From: a virus
Lineage: Duplodnaviria; Caudoviricetes
IMG/VR virus record: IMGVR_UViG_2873737359_000001
Location: 64,001-128,000 of that record
DNA: 64,000 nt
Strand: one strand, 5' to 3'
Shown here: positions 21,617-33,804 of the stretch, piece by piece
Layout: every line of letters starts with the position of its first letter
Numbering within the stretch: the first letter of the stretch is position 1
The notes under the pieces: model-generated
The model's database searches: none
What the model saw: the letters and a program-made list of their open reading frames with translations, nothing else
Told to the model about the DNA's origin: nothing
Made by a program: the position numbers and the translations under genes

Positions 21617-21949
21617 TTAAAAATATGATAATTCCTGCAATTCTTTACCAAGCTTCATAAGTGGATACTCTACAAATCCACTTCTCTGGGTAATACCTGT
21701 AGGAATCAATAATTTCTGTTTGACCATCTCATTAATCAATGATTCATTATTATTGATATCTGCGAAAATCTCATCGTCACCCAGCTTGATTCCAAGATTT
21801 ACAGATACTGTGCCCCATGGTTGTCCATAATTTTGCGGATCGTTGCAAGTTGCTATTAATGCAGTGGTTTTATTTTCTGCATATCTTCCCTTGTTGATTA
21901 ACACTGTAGTTTTTCCAGAGTAAAATGTATCAAATGTAACTCTAACCAT
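21617..21949 (-). CDS. DUF4313-like protein
   Basis: PWGTVSVNL..FADINN..PTG..SGFVEYP. Confidence 0.65.
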   Translation of the reverse strand: MVRVTFDTFYSGKTTVLINKGRYAENKTTALIATCNDPQNYGQPWGTVSVNLGIKLGDDEIFADINNNESLINEMVKQKLLIPTGITQRSGFVEYPLMKLGKELQELSYF

Positions 21950-24447
21950 AATTATTCTCCTTTGTTATATTCTTTAAGTCTATCTATACTTGCCTTAAGC
22001 CAATCCCTTCCAGTTAAAAGGTCGTATAATAAATCCCATCCAGAAGTTCCAATCTGATTGAACACATCATCAAGCCAGTATCCTCTCTGTGCATCAAGAA
22101 CATAGATACATGTTGTAATAGTATCAAGCATTGTTTCCATTTGTGGATGTTTCAGTACATCATAGAAATAGTCATACCATTTATTTCCATGTTCATCTTC
22201 TGGGATATCTTCTGGTTTATAGTTAAGATATTCAGTTCCGACACATGGAAGGATTCCTTGATCCGCAGCATCTTCGAAGAAGTATTCTTCATCATCTGAT
22301 TCCTTGTTCATGATTGCCTTGCGTCTTTCCGGAATAATATACTGTGGTAAGGGACACATAAATAACTGTAGTGCTATCGTCGTCTGATCGCTTCCAAACG
22401 CCTGTAAGTCCATTGCCTTAAGAATGTATCGGTACTCGAAGTCTGGGAGGTTTTTGTCGCCATTTCGTGCGAATAAGCCATTAAATACCAGTATCAAACA
22501 TCCATCATCATGGTAAACCTCAGTCCATTTCCCTTTCCATGTGATAAGATTGCATGGAGGCTGGACGCCTGCAAATGACATGAGTTCTTTCCTATTATAT
22601 GTAGACATTTTTATTCCTCCTCATCTTCCTCATCTTCATCATGGCATTCTACGATTTCGATTGAATAACCAAGCTCCTCTTCGATTTCTTCTTTTGTCAT
22701 TTTCTTAGGTGGTGTTTCTGTCCAGAAAGGATCCTTTGATGGCGCTGTTCGTTTGAGGAAGAAATCTGCCAAGATATTATTTGCGTTGAGATCATCCATA
22801 CGCCATAATTTAACAACGTCGTACTGTTCATAATATTTACAATCATCATCATAAGCTCTATTTTCTTTATAATTACCACAATGCGTAATGCATGACAATG
22901 ATTCATATTTAGTTATTTTGAATGTAGATATATCATTCTTAGAATAATGATTTGGAAGCACAATAGCCAATGTTCCATTGCGAAAAAGTACAATGTCATT
23001 AACTTTAAAGCCTGGAAAATCTGATTTTAATTTCTCTTTTGGCTCTTTTGTTTCTGGCATTTCTCTGTTCCAACACTCGTCACATTCCATGCTCGGATGA
23101 ATACAATCGCCTTCTGAATAATCGTCTAGCAGGTTTTCATAACCATAGCTATAAGGACAATGCCGGAGATAAGATTCTTGTCCTTCAAGACCGTGATCTT
23201 CACAATATTTCTCTTTATAAGTCATTACGCTACCTTCTTTCTATAACCGAATACAAGCTCCAGAATTGTTGGTTTATGATTTCTTTTTCTTGCTTCTTCC
23301 TGACGTTTCCAGTCAGCCATGATCTGATCAAATTCTGTTTCCTTATAATGTCCGGAATGAGCCGTCCATACTTCTACACCATTATGTGCAATAAGGATTT
23401 CCATATAATCAATTCCGTTACTGGCAAAAATTTTTGTTTCTCTTGCAATCTGCTGTTTCAATGTGTGACACCTCCATTCATGTACTCTACCATCTCATCA
23501 ATCTTATGTTTCGCTTCTACCAAAGTAAGAGTTTTATCAGAATCATAAAGAGCTTTTACAGCTAATGATTTCGCTCCATATCCAATGAGGATAGCTGGAT
23601 TAGCCACTTCTTCTGGTGTTAATTCTCTTTCAATGCCTGCTGCATGATCAAGAAAATTCTCGTATTCTTTTTCTGTTGGTTCTTTACCTGTAATGATAAA
23701 TGCTGCTGTCACGAGATCCCTTTCACTTACAACTCTGCAAGATCTTCCAGGTTCTGTTAAATAGTACTGCATAATATTTCCCTCCTGTTTTTCATTTTGC
23801 TTAATAGCATAATCCAAATCCGTATTCATATTATTAGGAAAGAAGGGGCGGATCTAAATTTCACTCCGCCTGAGTACGAAACTGGATTATACTATTAATT
23901 TTCTTTATGATACTCTGTATCACTTTCCGTTTGGAGAAAAACGTACCTTCGACTAGAGGTTAAACCGTTCATGTGGATCGTGATACAGAGTATATTTGTT
24001 CTTCAGTTTTAAGTAGCAAGTTTAAATCTGAAGTTTACATAATTAATAGTTGCATTTATTTCTATTATCTTAATAACTGTGTTTGTGTAAAATTTATTAT
24101 TAACAGTCTCAAGATAAATAGATTACAGATAATATTTCCCTATATAATTGTATCCGTAGGGAGAATTTTCGATCCATTTAAGAATATTGCATCCCCAATC
24201 GGTGACAACCGCTTCTTTAAATGGAAGTGGATTTTTATTTCCTTTGATACGAACTAACGTTCCTTTAGGCGTTCGCATCATCTGAACGAGCAATGTATTT
24301 GGACGAATCACTTCCTTGCCGTTGTGAAATGTCTTGAACGGCATATTTGATCTAAATACATGTGTTTCTATGGTTCCCATCATATCAACATCTCCTTTTT
24401 TGATTATTTATATAAAGTTTATATTTTACATTCTCAAGATAAATAGA

Positions 24448-25086
24448 TTACATTGGATATTCTCTAACGCAGTCCTGTGCTGCATAGTACACATATATTT
24501 TATTAGTCAGAAAATTCTGAGTTCCGTTGTTTAAATTATCATTTACTTCACGGACTGCTTCTTTAATCGCTTCTGGCCCTAAATCTTTACGAAACTCATG
24601 GATAATCGCCTCGTGCACAGAAGTAAAACTAATTAATAAGTCGTTTCCATTCGCAGCCTTCTTACTAATATTCTTAAGAAGTCCTGGGAAGAATATTGAT
24701 GAGGCGCCAAGGAAAGCTTTATCATTTGTGATCATAAGACCAGCTAGATTAATCTTCTTTATAGTATATGGATCTTTAAAGTTCTTAAAAATAATATTCG
24801 TTGGATTTAATAGTGCCTTTGGCGGATACAGTTGTCTTGTATTCTCACAAGCATTTAAGAATACCTTTGAGAAGGATCCAACTGTATTAATATATTTATC
24901 AAGGACTTCTTTATCCAGGATATGCGCGGTCTTTTTGTCGGTGATACAGATAGCAGCTGCAATATCTCCTATTTTCATAAAGTAAGTATTTTTTAAAATC
25001 TCTTTGTGGTTTTCATAGTTCATCAACCTCACGATCAGTTTGTCTTTCATTTCTTCATAGTTCTGAAGCTCATTTAATTCCATCAT
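24448..25086 (-). CDS. DUF5688-like protein
   Basis: VRLMNYE, ITND..GAS, SVHEAII, LTNKIYVY. Confidence 0.6.
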   Translation of the reverse strand: MMELNELQNYEEMKDKLIVRLMNYENHKEILKNTYFMKIGDIAAAICITDKKTAHILDKEVLDKYINTVGSFSKVFLNACENTRQLYPPKALLNPTNIIFKNFKDPYTIKKINLAGLMITNDKAFLGASSIFFPGLLKNISKKAANGNDLLISFTSVHEAIIHEFRKDLGPEAIKEAVREVNDNLNNGTQNFLTNKIYVYYAAQDCVREYPM

Positions 25087-25216
25087 AATATCAATCTCCT
25101 TTTTGATTATTTATATAAATTTATTATTGACACTATTGCTTATTTGAGAATTATTATAATCCAATTCCCATTTTAATTCAATAGTTTTCATGAAATTTAT
25201 TAATGACAGTGTAAAA

Positions 25217-26251
25217 TTACATTGCCTTGGTTTCTTTTGCCTGATGACGAGCATTGAGAGCAGAAGAAACCTGTCTCATATCTCCGCCATGATACATTGG
25301 AGCTTCACCAATTCTCTTAGCGACTTCTTCTTCGAGATAGATAGTAAGTCCTTCAACTTCTCTTCGCTTAGGATATTTCGCAAGAGCTGCGGCGAAATAC
25401 AGGTTGGGTTCTGTGTGTAAGCAGAAATCTGTTATAGCACGGATTACTCTCGGATCATTTTTATGCATATTTAATACATGTCTCATAGGCCGAATCGCAT
25501 CTGAACTATATCCGTTGTAAGCAAGATTCCATCCAGATTTTTCAATGATATTTAAAATATTAGTGAGAACTTCTTTTCCATTGGTCATAGCTGCTACAGA
25601 TACTGCTGCACTATAACCTGTCAGAATTTTGTATCCATCTGCAATTAATGAATCCTGTTTCTCTTTTGGAAGATTCTTCAGTTCACGCTTGCTAATAAGA
25701 AGATTTCTTCCGTTGAGACATTCGTTGAGTACACAATATTTCTTTATACCTCTCTTGACATAGGCTCTGTGTTTATCAGCCGGAGAAAGCTTATCTACAT
25801 GTGTATTCTGCTCGGAGAACAGTTCTGCTTCCTGAATCTGACGTTCATTTGGATCTTTTGACAGGCCAGTAGCAATAGAAGCTACAATCATTTCTTCCTT
25901 TCTAATTCCCTTGACGATGAATCTATGAGTTCCGTCGATTACTGCAAAGCTGCATGTTTCAGGATGTGGAGATACCAGAACCGGGTCGCATTTATTTTCG
26001 TCCCAGTGATTTGCAAGATCGTAAATCTTACTCATGTTAATAGTTGAAAGTCTCTGATATTCTTCATCCACTTCCAGAAGAGACAGTGGAATAAGACAGA
26101 ACTGTTTCCCTCCAATTTCTGTCTTATTAGATATTACTGTAGAATACAACGGACGTCTTTCAAATACAGATGGTGTGATGATTTTGCCTTCTGTAGTTCT
26201 CTCTGCTTTGTTTCCTGTGAGCATTTCCTTGATTTCTTCGAAGTTTTTCAT
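25217..26251 (-). CDS. ParB/Srx-like N-terminal domain protein (DUF6551-like)
   Basis: LEVDEEYQR and VIDGTHR motifs. Confidence 0.65.
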   Translation of the reverse strand: MKNFEEIKEMLTGNKAERTTEGKIITPSVFERRPLYSTVISNKTEIGGKQFCLIPLSLLEVDEEYQRLSTINMSKIYDLANHWDENKCDPVLVSPHPETCSFAVIDGTHRFIVKGIRKEEMIVASIATGLSKDPNERQIQEAELFSEQNTHVDKLSPADKHRAYVKRGIKKYCVLNECLNGRNLLISKRELKNLPKEKQDSLIADGYKILTGYSAAVSVAAMTNGKEVLTNILNIIEKSGWNLAYNGYSSDAIRPMRHVLNMHKNDPRVIRAITDFCLHTEPNLYFAAALAKYPKRREVEGLTIYLEEEVAKRIGEAPMYHGGDMRQVSSALNARHQAKETKAM

Positions 26252-28521
26252 AGTGTTTGTTCTCCTTTTGTTTGTTTTTATATTGATTATTTAGTTGTTT
26301 TGGATTGATGATGGTTTTATGCAAAGACATATTTTAATGCTTTGCGTCTTGCTCTTTCGTAGAGTGTATGGCTGCTGTCAGTAATTTTTGCTTCCATTTC
26401 TACATTACGACAGATACTATCTCTTACATCAAGTGGAACATGAAAGTCAGACATTAAATGTCTCACTTCTTTTTCCCAATCAAATTCTATTGTTTCAGAA
26501 TAATTTTTCTTTCTCTTAGTTGGCGTTCCAACCAGAGGGATCATATTATCTGAATGTGACGTACTGTTCATAAGAGTCCTTCTTTCTATAAAGCATAGAG
26601 CTTGCGTCCATTAATCATGGCACAAGACTCAATTAAGCCATTAGATACCATTTCCTTTACTGAGGATTTTCCACAGATTTCAATGATTCTGTCCTCGTAA
26701 ATAGTTTCAATTCCAGGATATAAAAGCTGGAGGCGGTAATGATCTGCCTTAGCAATTTGCGTTGTGAGATCCTGAATCTTAAGCTGCACTTCATCTTCCG
26801 TCATATTAAGCGGATGTACTTTATGCAGTGTTTTGATTGTATTTCGCTTACTTCTTACTTCCCTTGCAACATCACCAATAATAGCGTGGCGTTTCTTATC
26901 TGAGAGGGATCTGATTTCTCTTGGCGAATATTTCATTTGTTTTCCTTCTTTCTTTAATATCCAAACATCCTGAGCCATTCTCCGTTGACAAGTTGCCATG
27001 CTGTAGGATTTAAGGCATAGTCAACGAATTTAGGATTGAGTTGTTTGTATCTACGGTCGAGATCGTTTAAGTTGGAAAAGTATTCCTGACGTTTTAGATC
27101 TCCCTTATGAATACCGGATTTAACATAGATACGAAGTTTATAAGGTTTTGTTTGCATTGCTGCAAGTGGCATAAGATCACCTTACCTTTCTATTTGATTT
27201 CAGAGAGCGTGTGCTTCAGTTCTTCCCACAGGCTGATCTCATCATCTGAAAATCTACCGTCCGGAACCTGATTTGCCTTGATAAGCTCCAGAACATCTTT
27301 GATCTGTCCGAAATAGAAACGGGCTTCTTTGCCATTTTCTCTTACTGCGATATGCTCTGCCTTTCTCTCGATTTTCTGCATAGGTTTTCCTCCTTATTAT
27401 TTACTGATAATGGAAAGTACTTTTCCCTGTCCATCAAGTTTAATAGTTACTTCTGTTCCATCCTGGAAACCGTCTACATCATATGTGTTTCCGTTGTCAG
27501 CAATGATTTCAGATGCTTCTACAGTTCCATTTACCTTGTGGATACCGTTATAAGCATCAGTATCAATGTTTCCGACTATAGATGCGACCATGAAAAAAGC
27601 AGCCATTCCGAGGCTGCCTTTAATCAATGTTACTTTACGTTTCCGTTCGGAAAGTTTGCGGTTATATTCCCTACGTGATTTCATGTTGTTTTTCATAGTG
27701 ATTTCCCTTTCCAGAAATTTTAATATAGTTTATAATTTACAGTATCAATGCATGATTGAAGTGAACTGTTCCGGTGATCCACAGTACCATGCAGACAGTA
27801 CTTTATCATCGTATACAGAATCCGGAGTTCCGTTGGAATCCATGATACAAGATGCAAGATCACCAAGCTCCCAACAGTCTGTAGCCGGAGCAGTAAATTT
27901 AAACAGGTTTCCATTAGCATGCTCTATAGTTATATCCTCATATTCAGAACCATGAGCAATAGTCACTACAATTCCGGTAGCCGGATAGAAATTTCCGTTG
28001 ATGAATGTATCAATTCTGTCAATATCATCGGAAATATTTTCGTCTGTGAATCCATCTGTGAAAGTGGACAGAATAGATGGGTCTGTACAGATTTTTGTTT
28101 CCGTAGCACCAACTGGAATAGCTGCTACTGTTGTGTATGTGATAAGAGCAATAAGGGTAGCAATGATTGATTTTTTCATGATTTATTTCCTTTCTGGAAA
28201 CAGAATTTGTTTCCGTAGCTTTTAGTTTATATAGTATATATAGGTATTAAAAAGAGACATCAATAGCAATGTATTAATGTCTCTTATATATAGTATATAG
28301 TATAAGTATTATCTTCCTAAATGGATATCTCCATTAGAATCTTCATACTCTTCCCACCAATCAGCTGGGTTGTCTGGATCACCCTCGCATACTTCCCAGC
28401 CTGTTGCATGACAAGACTCCTGATTGCCATCGACATCAAAAGTCTTGTCAAATGGCATAACATCGAGTTTCCTTCTCATCTCTTTTTTCATTGTGGCATC
28501 CTCCTTTATTTCTATTTTATT

Positions 28522-28944
28522 TTAGGCAAACGTTGTAAACTTATCACAACGCATTCTCTTTTCTGCTGGTTTCATACGCTCGTAGCCCGAAACAGGTGTC
28601 ATAGCTACAACGTCCTCCGGATATGCCTGTGCTGCGATCATGGAACCTACAATCACCAGAGTTCCGGTCCCAATCTGAGATTTGAACGCCTTTTTAATAT
28701 CGGCAATAATTGCTTTGCCCTCTTCCGTAGGCACAAAGACAGTTTTTACGAACAGATCGGACACCTATTTCTCTTCTGCTTTTGCGTTGAGGATTACAGA
28801 GCTAGGAACTGTGATTGGTGTTCCGTCTGTATCCTGAATCGTCACGGAATGAGGTGTGGTGTTAATGATTGCCACATTGTTTCCGAAAGTTACGAAGTTA
28901 TAGTTATATTTGTCAATATGGACAATACCGTTTGTTTTAGTCAT
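28522..28944 (-). pseudogene. Phage protein (INTTPH-type) with an in-frame TAG at 28765-28767
   Basis: The frame runs from ATG 28944 (MTKTN..INTTPHSVTI..NAKAEEK*VSDLF..) into the annotated 28522-28764 ORF across one amber codon. Confidence 0.6.
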
Positions 28945-29662
28945 GATTAATCCTCATCTTCTTTCACTTCTACTAAATCGCCGTCGAGTAACATCGCAGT
29001 AAATGTATCGCTGCTAATTACATAGAATAAATTATCATCATCAATGACAATTCCATATGTTATTTTGCTTTCTGAAAATACTGGTGTATCAGAAAAGAAC
29101 GGAATGAGATCCGTGTAATATTTGCGTGATGCACGAGCCATACTTTTGTGCATTGCTTTGATATCTGAAGTACGTCCCATGTAGATGACAGCATTTTCCT
29201 TTACATCGTAATATTTTTTGAACATAATGTTTCCTTTCTGAGTAGTTTATGGTGATTACTCTGCACCAATGTTTTGATGTTGTTTAATATTGTTTATAGT
29301 TACAATCACTCTATCAAGATTTGATCTTGCTTTATACATATATAGTATGTATATGTCTGCTCCTCACAGGAATAGAGTGTTAATCGCGATCATATTACAT
29401 GGATATACTTGTAGATATCCACGTATTGATCGAGTTGATATACCGGAGCATTGTTTAGTATGTCCAGCATATGAGCTGTGACAAATCCGAAGTGGTGAGT
29501 GAGTTCGGTAAGGATACGGTGATAAATGGGATTCGGAAGCTCATAGAATTTTGTGGTCATGAGTTCCGGAATGGTGTATGTGATGTTGTTCATTCATGTG
29601 ACCTCCTCCTTGTGTGATGTATATGGTTTGTAACGTGGTCTTGTGGTTAAAAAATTGTACTA

Positions 29663-29695
29663 AAAAAGAGCATAGCTTGTTGGGCTATGCTCTTA
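29663..29695 (-). terminator. Intrinsic terminator
   Basis: AAGAGCATAGC/GCTATGCTCTT stem with a U-tract on the minus strand. Confidence 0.7.
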
Positions 29696-30646
29696 ATGCT
29701 GTACTGTGGCGTGTTCGTGTTATTTAGTTGTCATGATGTTCAATGGTGTCTTTGGTATCGTCCGGTACTTCTGCCAGACTGATTTTGATGTCTGAGTCTC
29801 TGGACCATAATTTAATCTCGGCTTCAGCATCCTCTTTCTTGTCAAAAGATTTTGTCACGGTGGACATAAGCTCTTTAGACATATGGTTGTAATTTTTGAA
29901 TGTTACCTGCCATTTACTCATGTTCTCGTCCTCTTTTCTGGTATCAATTATTTGATACTCAAATTTATCACCCCCTAATTGTATCATAAAAAGAGCATAA
30001 AAAAAAGCACTCTACTGAGTGCTTTTTGGGCTATTGACCGTGACAGGTTTTCCAGGACGGCATTTTGTCTGGTCAATCTTTAAACCGTCACGGCGTAATG
30101 CCATTAGGGAATCGGTATACCCTTCAAACTCTGTGAAAGTAGCTACAGGCATTTTGTCCCTGTATTGTGTAGGAAGTCCTGTATATGGTGTTCCTGTAGC
30201 TGCATTCACAGGTTGATAATACTTTTCTTCCCATGAAATATTATAGCCAGAACCATCCACTTGACATTGTTTAAAACAACGTGACTGTGGTGTTGGTATA
30301 CGCCTTTCACGTGGTGCACCTGCTCTGTCGACGGGTATCACAGTGACGTTATAAAGGTTATTATCCTTTATGAAACGCCATAAAACCGGAATAACATAAT
30401 AGTTTTTAGACATGTGACAACGGCGGAAACCGTTACCCTTTTTCAAGTCTAAAATGAACACACTATATCTTTCTTGTGGTTTACGGAACTGTTTAAAGTC
30501 CGTAATAAGAATATATTTATCCTGTGAATAGCGTCCGTATACCGCATTTTTAGGGATACGGAAAATATCAACTCTTGTGTTATAGTCTCTACAAATTTTA
30601 AGCGGTTTATATAATTTCATAGTAATACCCTCTTTCTCTGTTTGGT

Positions 30647-30673
30647 TAAAAGAGGGTATTACTACCCTCTTTT
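30647..30673. terminator. Intrinsic terminator (bidirectional-type)
   Basis: AAAAGAGGGTA-TTAC-TACCCTCTTTT. Confidence 0.75.
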
Positions 30674-30678
30674 ATGGT

Positions 30679-31524
30679 TTACACTCTTTTCTTAATGTCG
30701 TTGAGAGTGTAGCCGCTTTCAACCTCAGCTTCGAGATCTTCAATTTTTACCACTTTGAGCCATGCCATTCCAATATAGGCAAGATTCTGTGATAAAACCG
30801 TCGGGTCTTTTACAGTGAATTTTTGTTTAGCGTTTCCTCTAAGAGAAGAAAGCCATACACTGTAATAACGTTGTGACATATTGTGAAAATTGCCTTTTTT
30901 ATATCTGATATTATCCGTATCAGTCGGGAAAAGACTGTCAGATAAGATGGTATGTAATGGTTTATATGCTTCCTGCTTTTCAGCTTTTTTCACATTATCT
31001 CGTGAAAGAAGCTCTTCAAGGTTTAATCCGTAAGCCTTGAGTGTTTTCCCGTCAATCATTGACGGGAAAATTTTTGAAGTGAAACGAGACTTTGCGGACG
31101 TTTCGCCTTTATCATTTGTTATCGCTTCAGTGTAGGTGTAAAACCCTAACTTAACAGCGGTAAAGGTACGTGCGAAAACATCATTTTGAAATTCTGCCAT
31201 TAAATCTGCCGGAATATCATTTATCCATTTATCAGACGCTTTATTGAAAGCGTCTTTAATAGAAATAATCTCATCCACCTTTTTATTGTGGGCGTCCACA
31301 AGTTTAGAAATTGTAGTGTCATACTTTTCATATTCTGCCTGTATTACTTTACTGTCAATCATAGTGTAACCATGATTAAAAGCCCAATACTGACATGCAT
31401 ACTGAAAGTATGCTACATCGGTGACATTTTCCGGAACCTCCCATTTTTTAACAGGAAATTCGATGTTACCTTTTTTATTAAGCTTAAATACTGGAGTTAC
31501 GATTTTAATAGTGTTTGTTTTCAT
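30679..31524 (-). CDS. Hypothetical protein, first gene of the leftward arm (start probably MKTNT)
   Basis: Long ORF with AAAGG upstream of MKTNT. Confidence 0.6.
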   Translation of the reverse strand: MKTNTIKIVTPVFKLNKKGNIEFPVKKWEVPENVTDVAYFQYACQYWAFNHGYTMIDSKVIQAEYEKYDTTISKLVDAHNKKVDEIISIKDAFNKASDKWINDIPADLMAEFQNDVFARTFTAVKLGFYTYTEAITNDKGETSAKSRFTSKIFPSMIDGKTLKAYGLNLEELLSRDNVKKAEKQEAYKPLHTILSDSLFPTDTDNIRYKKGNFHNMSQRYYSVWLSSLRGNAKQKFTVKDPTVLSQNLAYIGMAWLKVVKIEDLEAEVESGYTLNDIKKRV

Positions 31525-32780
31525 AATAATCGCCTTTCTTGCCTGTCTATACAAGCACATGTAATTAATATTGTTTAGTAACATGTGGGTTATTCCCACA
31601 ATTAAGATGACTATAAAAATCAACTTAATTGTGAAAATAACACAAGAAAAGCATATAAACCTATTTTTGGTTGCCGTAATGGGAACCGGTGTTCTTCTCT
31701 ATGGATACCTGTATACGGTATCAGAATATAATCGTTCAATGGGGTACATCTCACATGACATGCACACGACCACAACCCCACATGGCGTTGTGAAATCCAT
31801 TTAATAAGAAATATTCAATCTGTCAAGGTACGAGCTTTACCACGTGGGTAAAGGGTGCGTGTTATCGGGTTACAATGGGGGCTGAGGTGTTCGAAACCTC
31901 ATGAGAAAATCCCCCGTAGGGAAGTAAAGCAAGAACGCTTTACTAACTATATGTGTGGGCTTTTACCCCACCGTTCAAGTCTATTCCCTTGAACTGATTA
32001 TATAGTACCATACTGTACGATACAATTCGCTCATTTTGCATAAAAATACAAAAATAATTAAAACTTTTTTGAAATTGTATAATATGCAACAAAGTCCATG
32101 AAAAGCACTTATTTTATGCAAAATAGCTGTTTTATGTTGCATAATTGCATAAATATACATCTCAAAACCGCCACTAATTCCTATTAAAAACGGCATGGGG
32201 GTGCTTTCAACTGGAAAACCCGTTTTTTTTAAGCATTTCTCCCTAAGCCGGTCTATTTACACACTGACTCAAAATTACATACATCAACTATCACTAAATC
32301 GCCTTCGCAGTACTCAATAATGCCTTTATTTGACCCGTATATAGCCTTTAAGCATCCTTAATCCGCACATATATACTCCTATACACCATATCGCTACAAT
32401 TTCATTTATACGGCATTTTCACGAGTTTTTCATATTCCTTCACATCCCCTCTTAAAACCATTTATATCGATCCTCGCAAAGTCCATATATTGCTCCTAAA
32501 AAGTGCATTTTACTCATAAATATTTTTATCGATATTTGCATCGAAAAAATGTATAAATATGCAATTAATATGCTTATACATCGCATAAATATACATATCA
32601 ATATTCCAGTAGATCAATCATTACTAATTCCACAAAACCGAGTTTCTTCCTATATAATGTCGTTACGATTTCAATATTAATGCTATCCATCCGTGACACT
32701 CTCTTATCGTCATCGTGATCTCGTCGTTTTCTTCGCATAACAATATCATTAAAAATTTATTATTCTTATTATAAAATTCA

Positions 32781-32809
32781 TTGACATTTCAATATTATAG
32801 TGCTATCAT
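32781..32809 (+). promoter_or_regulatory. SigmaA promoter for the rightward arm
   Basis: TTGACA-N17-TATCAT with extended TG. Confidence 0.75.
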
Positions 32810-32958
32810 AAATTCAAGTTGAAACTATCAATAATAAATTAAGTATTTAAAATATTATTGATGACTGTACCTTGAAAACTAAATAACAATAACAAGTGAT
32901 ATTTTTTTATGTTGAAACTATCAAAAATAAATTTAATGACCATAAGGAGAATTAAAGA

Positions 32959-33804
32959 ATGTCAAGAAAATTAACAGAATTCGATAAACGAATGCAAAAT
33001 TACAAGTATACTTCGGACCAATCTCTCATGAGACGCACACCAGTTATCATCCAGATAGATGGTATGCATTTTCACACATTTACTCAAGGATTAGACAAAC
33101 CTTTTGATGAGGTTATTGTAAGATCCATGCAAGATACAGCAAAGTATTTATGCGAGAACATCCAAGGATGCGTTCTGGCTTATACTCAATCAGATGAGAT
33201 CAACCTTCTTCTTATTGACTATCAGAGGCTTGACTCGCAGGCATGGTTTGATAATCGAATTCAGAAACTTACCTCTGCCGCTGCTTCTCTTGCGACACTT
33301 GCATTCAATAGAAGCTTTAGAGAGCAAGTCGTGATTATGGAACACATGTCTATTCATGACCATGGTTATTCAAATCAATACATTAAGAAACACAGAGCGT
33401 TAAATAAGGGCGCTACATTTGCAGCATGTGCTTTTAATCTTCCGCAGGATGAAGTTACAAATTTCTTCTATTGGAGACAGCAAGATGCAATCCGTAATTC
33501 GATTCAGATGGTAGGCCAAGCGAACTTCTCTCATACCGAGCTGCAGTATAAATCTTGTGAAGATATTAAGCAGATGCTTAGAGATAAATCGGAGGTTACC
33601 GGGGGCACCATAAAACCATGGGAAGATTACCCAATATTTCTTCAACGAGGTGCTTGTATTATTAAAAACGAAGAAGTATTGGATCAGGATGATCCGGAAA
33701 TCTATAAACGCTTTTACTGGGATGTAGACGAGAATATTCCTATCTTTAAAGGCGATGGAAGAAACTACATTAATAAGCTTGTATATCTTGACGAGGAGGA
33801 ATAA
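32959..33804 (+). CDS. tRNA(His) guanylyltransferase Thg1-like protein (3'-5' polymerase)
   Basis: IQIDGMHFHTFT, YTQSDEI, WFDNRIQK, WRQQDAIRNS. Confidence 0.9.
   Translation: MSRKLTEFDKRMQNYKYTSDQSLMRRTPVIIQIDGMHFHTFTQGLDKPFDEVIVRSMQDTAKYLCENIQGCVLAYTQSDEINLLLIDYQRLDSQAWFDNRIQKLTSAAASLATLAFNRSFREQVVIMEHMSIHDHGYSNQYIKKHRALNKGATFAACAFNLPQDEVTNFFYWRQQDAIRNSIQMVGQANFSHTELQYKSCEDIKQMLRDKSEVTGGTIKPWEDYPIFLQRGACIIKNEEVLDQDDPEIYKRFYWDVDENIPIFKGDGRNYINKLVYLDEEE

Larger units (their letters stand above)
1..31623 (-). other. Leftward arm of tightly packed small phage early/accessory genes, mostly hypothetical
   Basis: More than 60 co-oriented minus-strand ORFs, abutting or overlapping, with GGAG/AGGAG RBSs. 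Plus-strand ORFs here are shadows. Confidence 0.9.

Noticed and set aside
23843-23993. Hammerhead ribozyme
   Set aside because: CTGA and GAAA words occur, but there is no CUGANGA core with correctly placed stems.
28321-28950. 209-aa plus-strand ORF and other plus-strand ORFs in the left arm
   Set aside because: They are antisense to RBS-supported minus-strand genes and have atypical composition.
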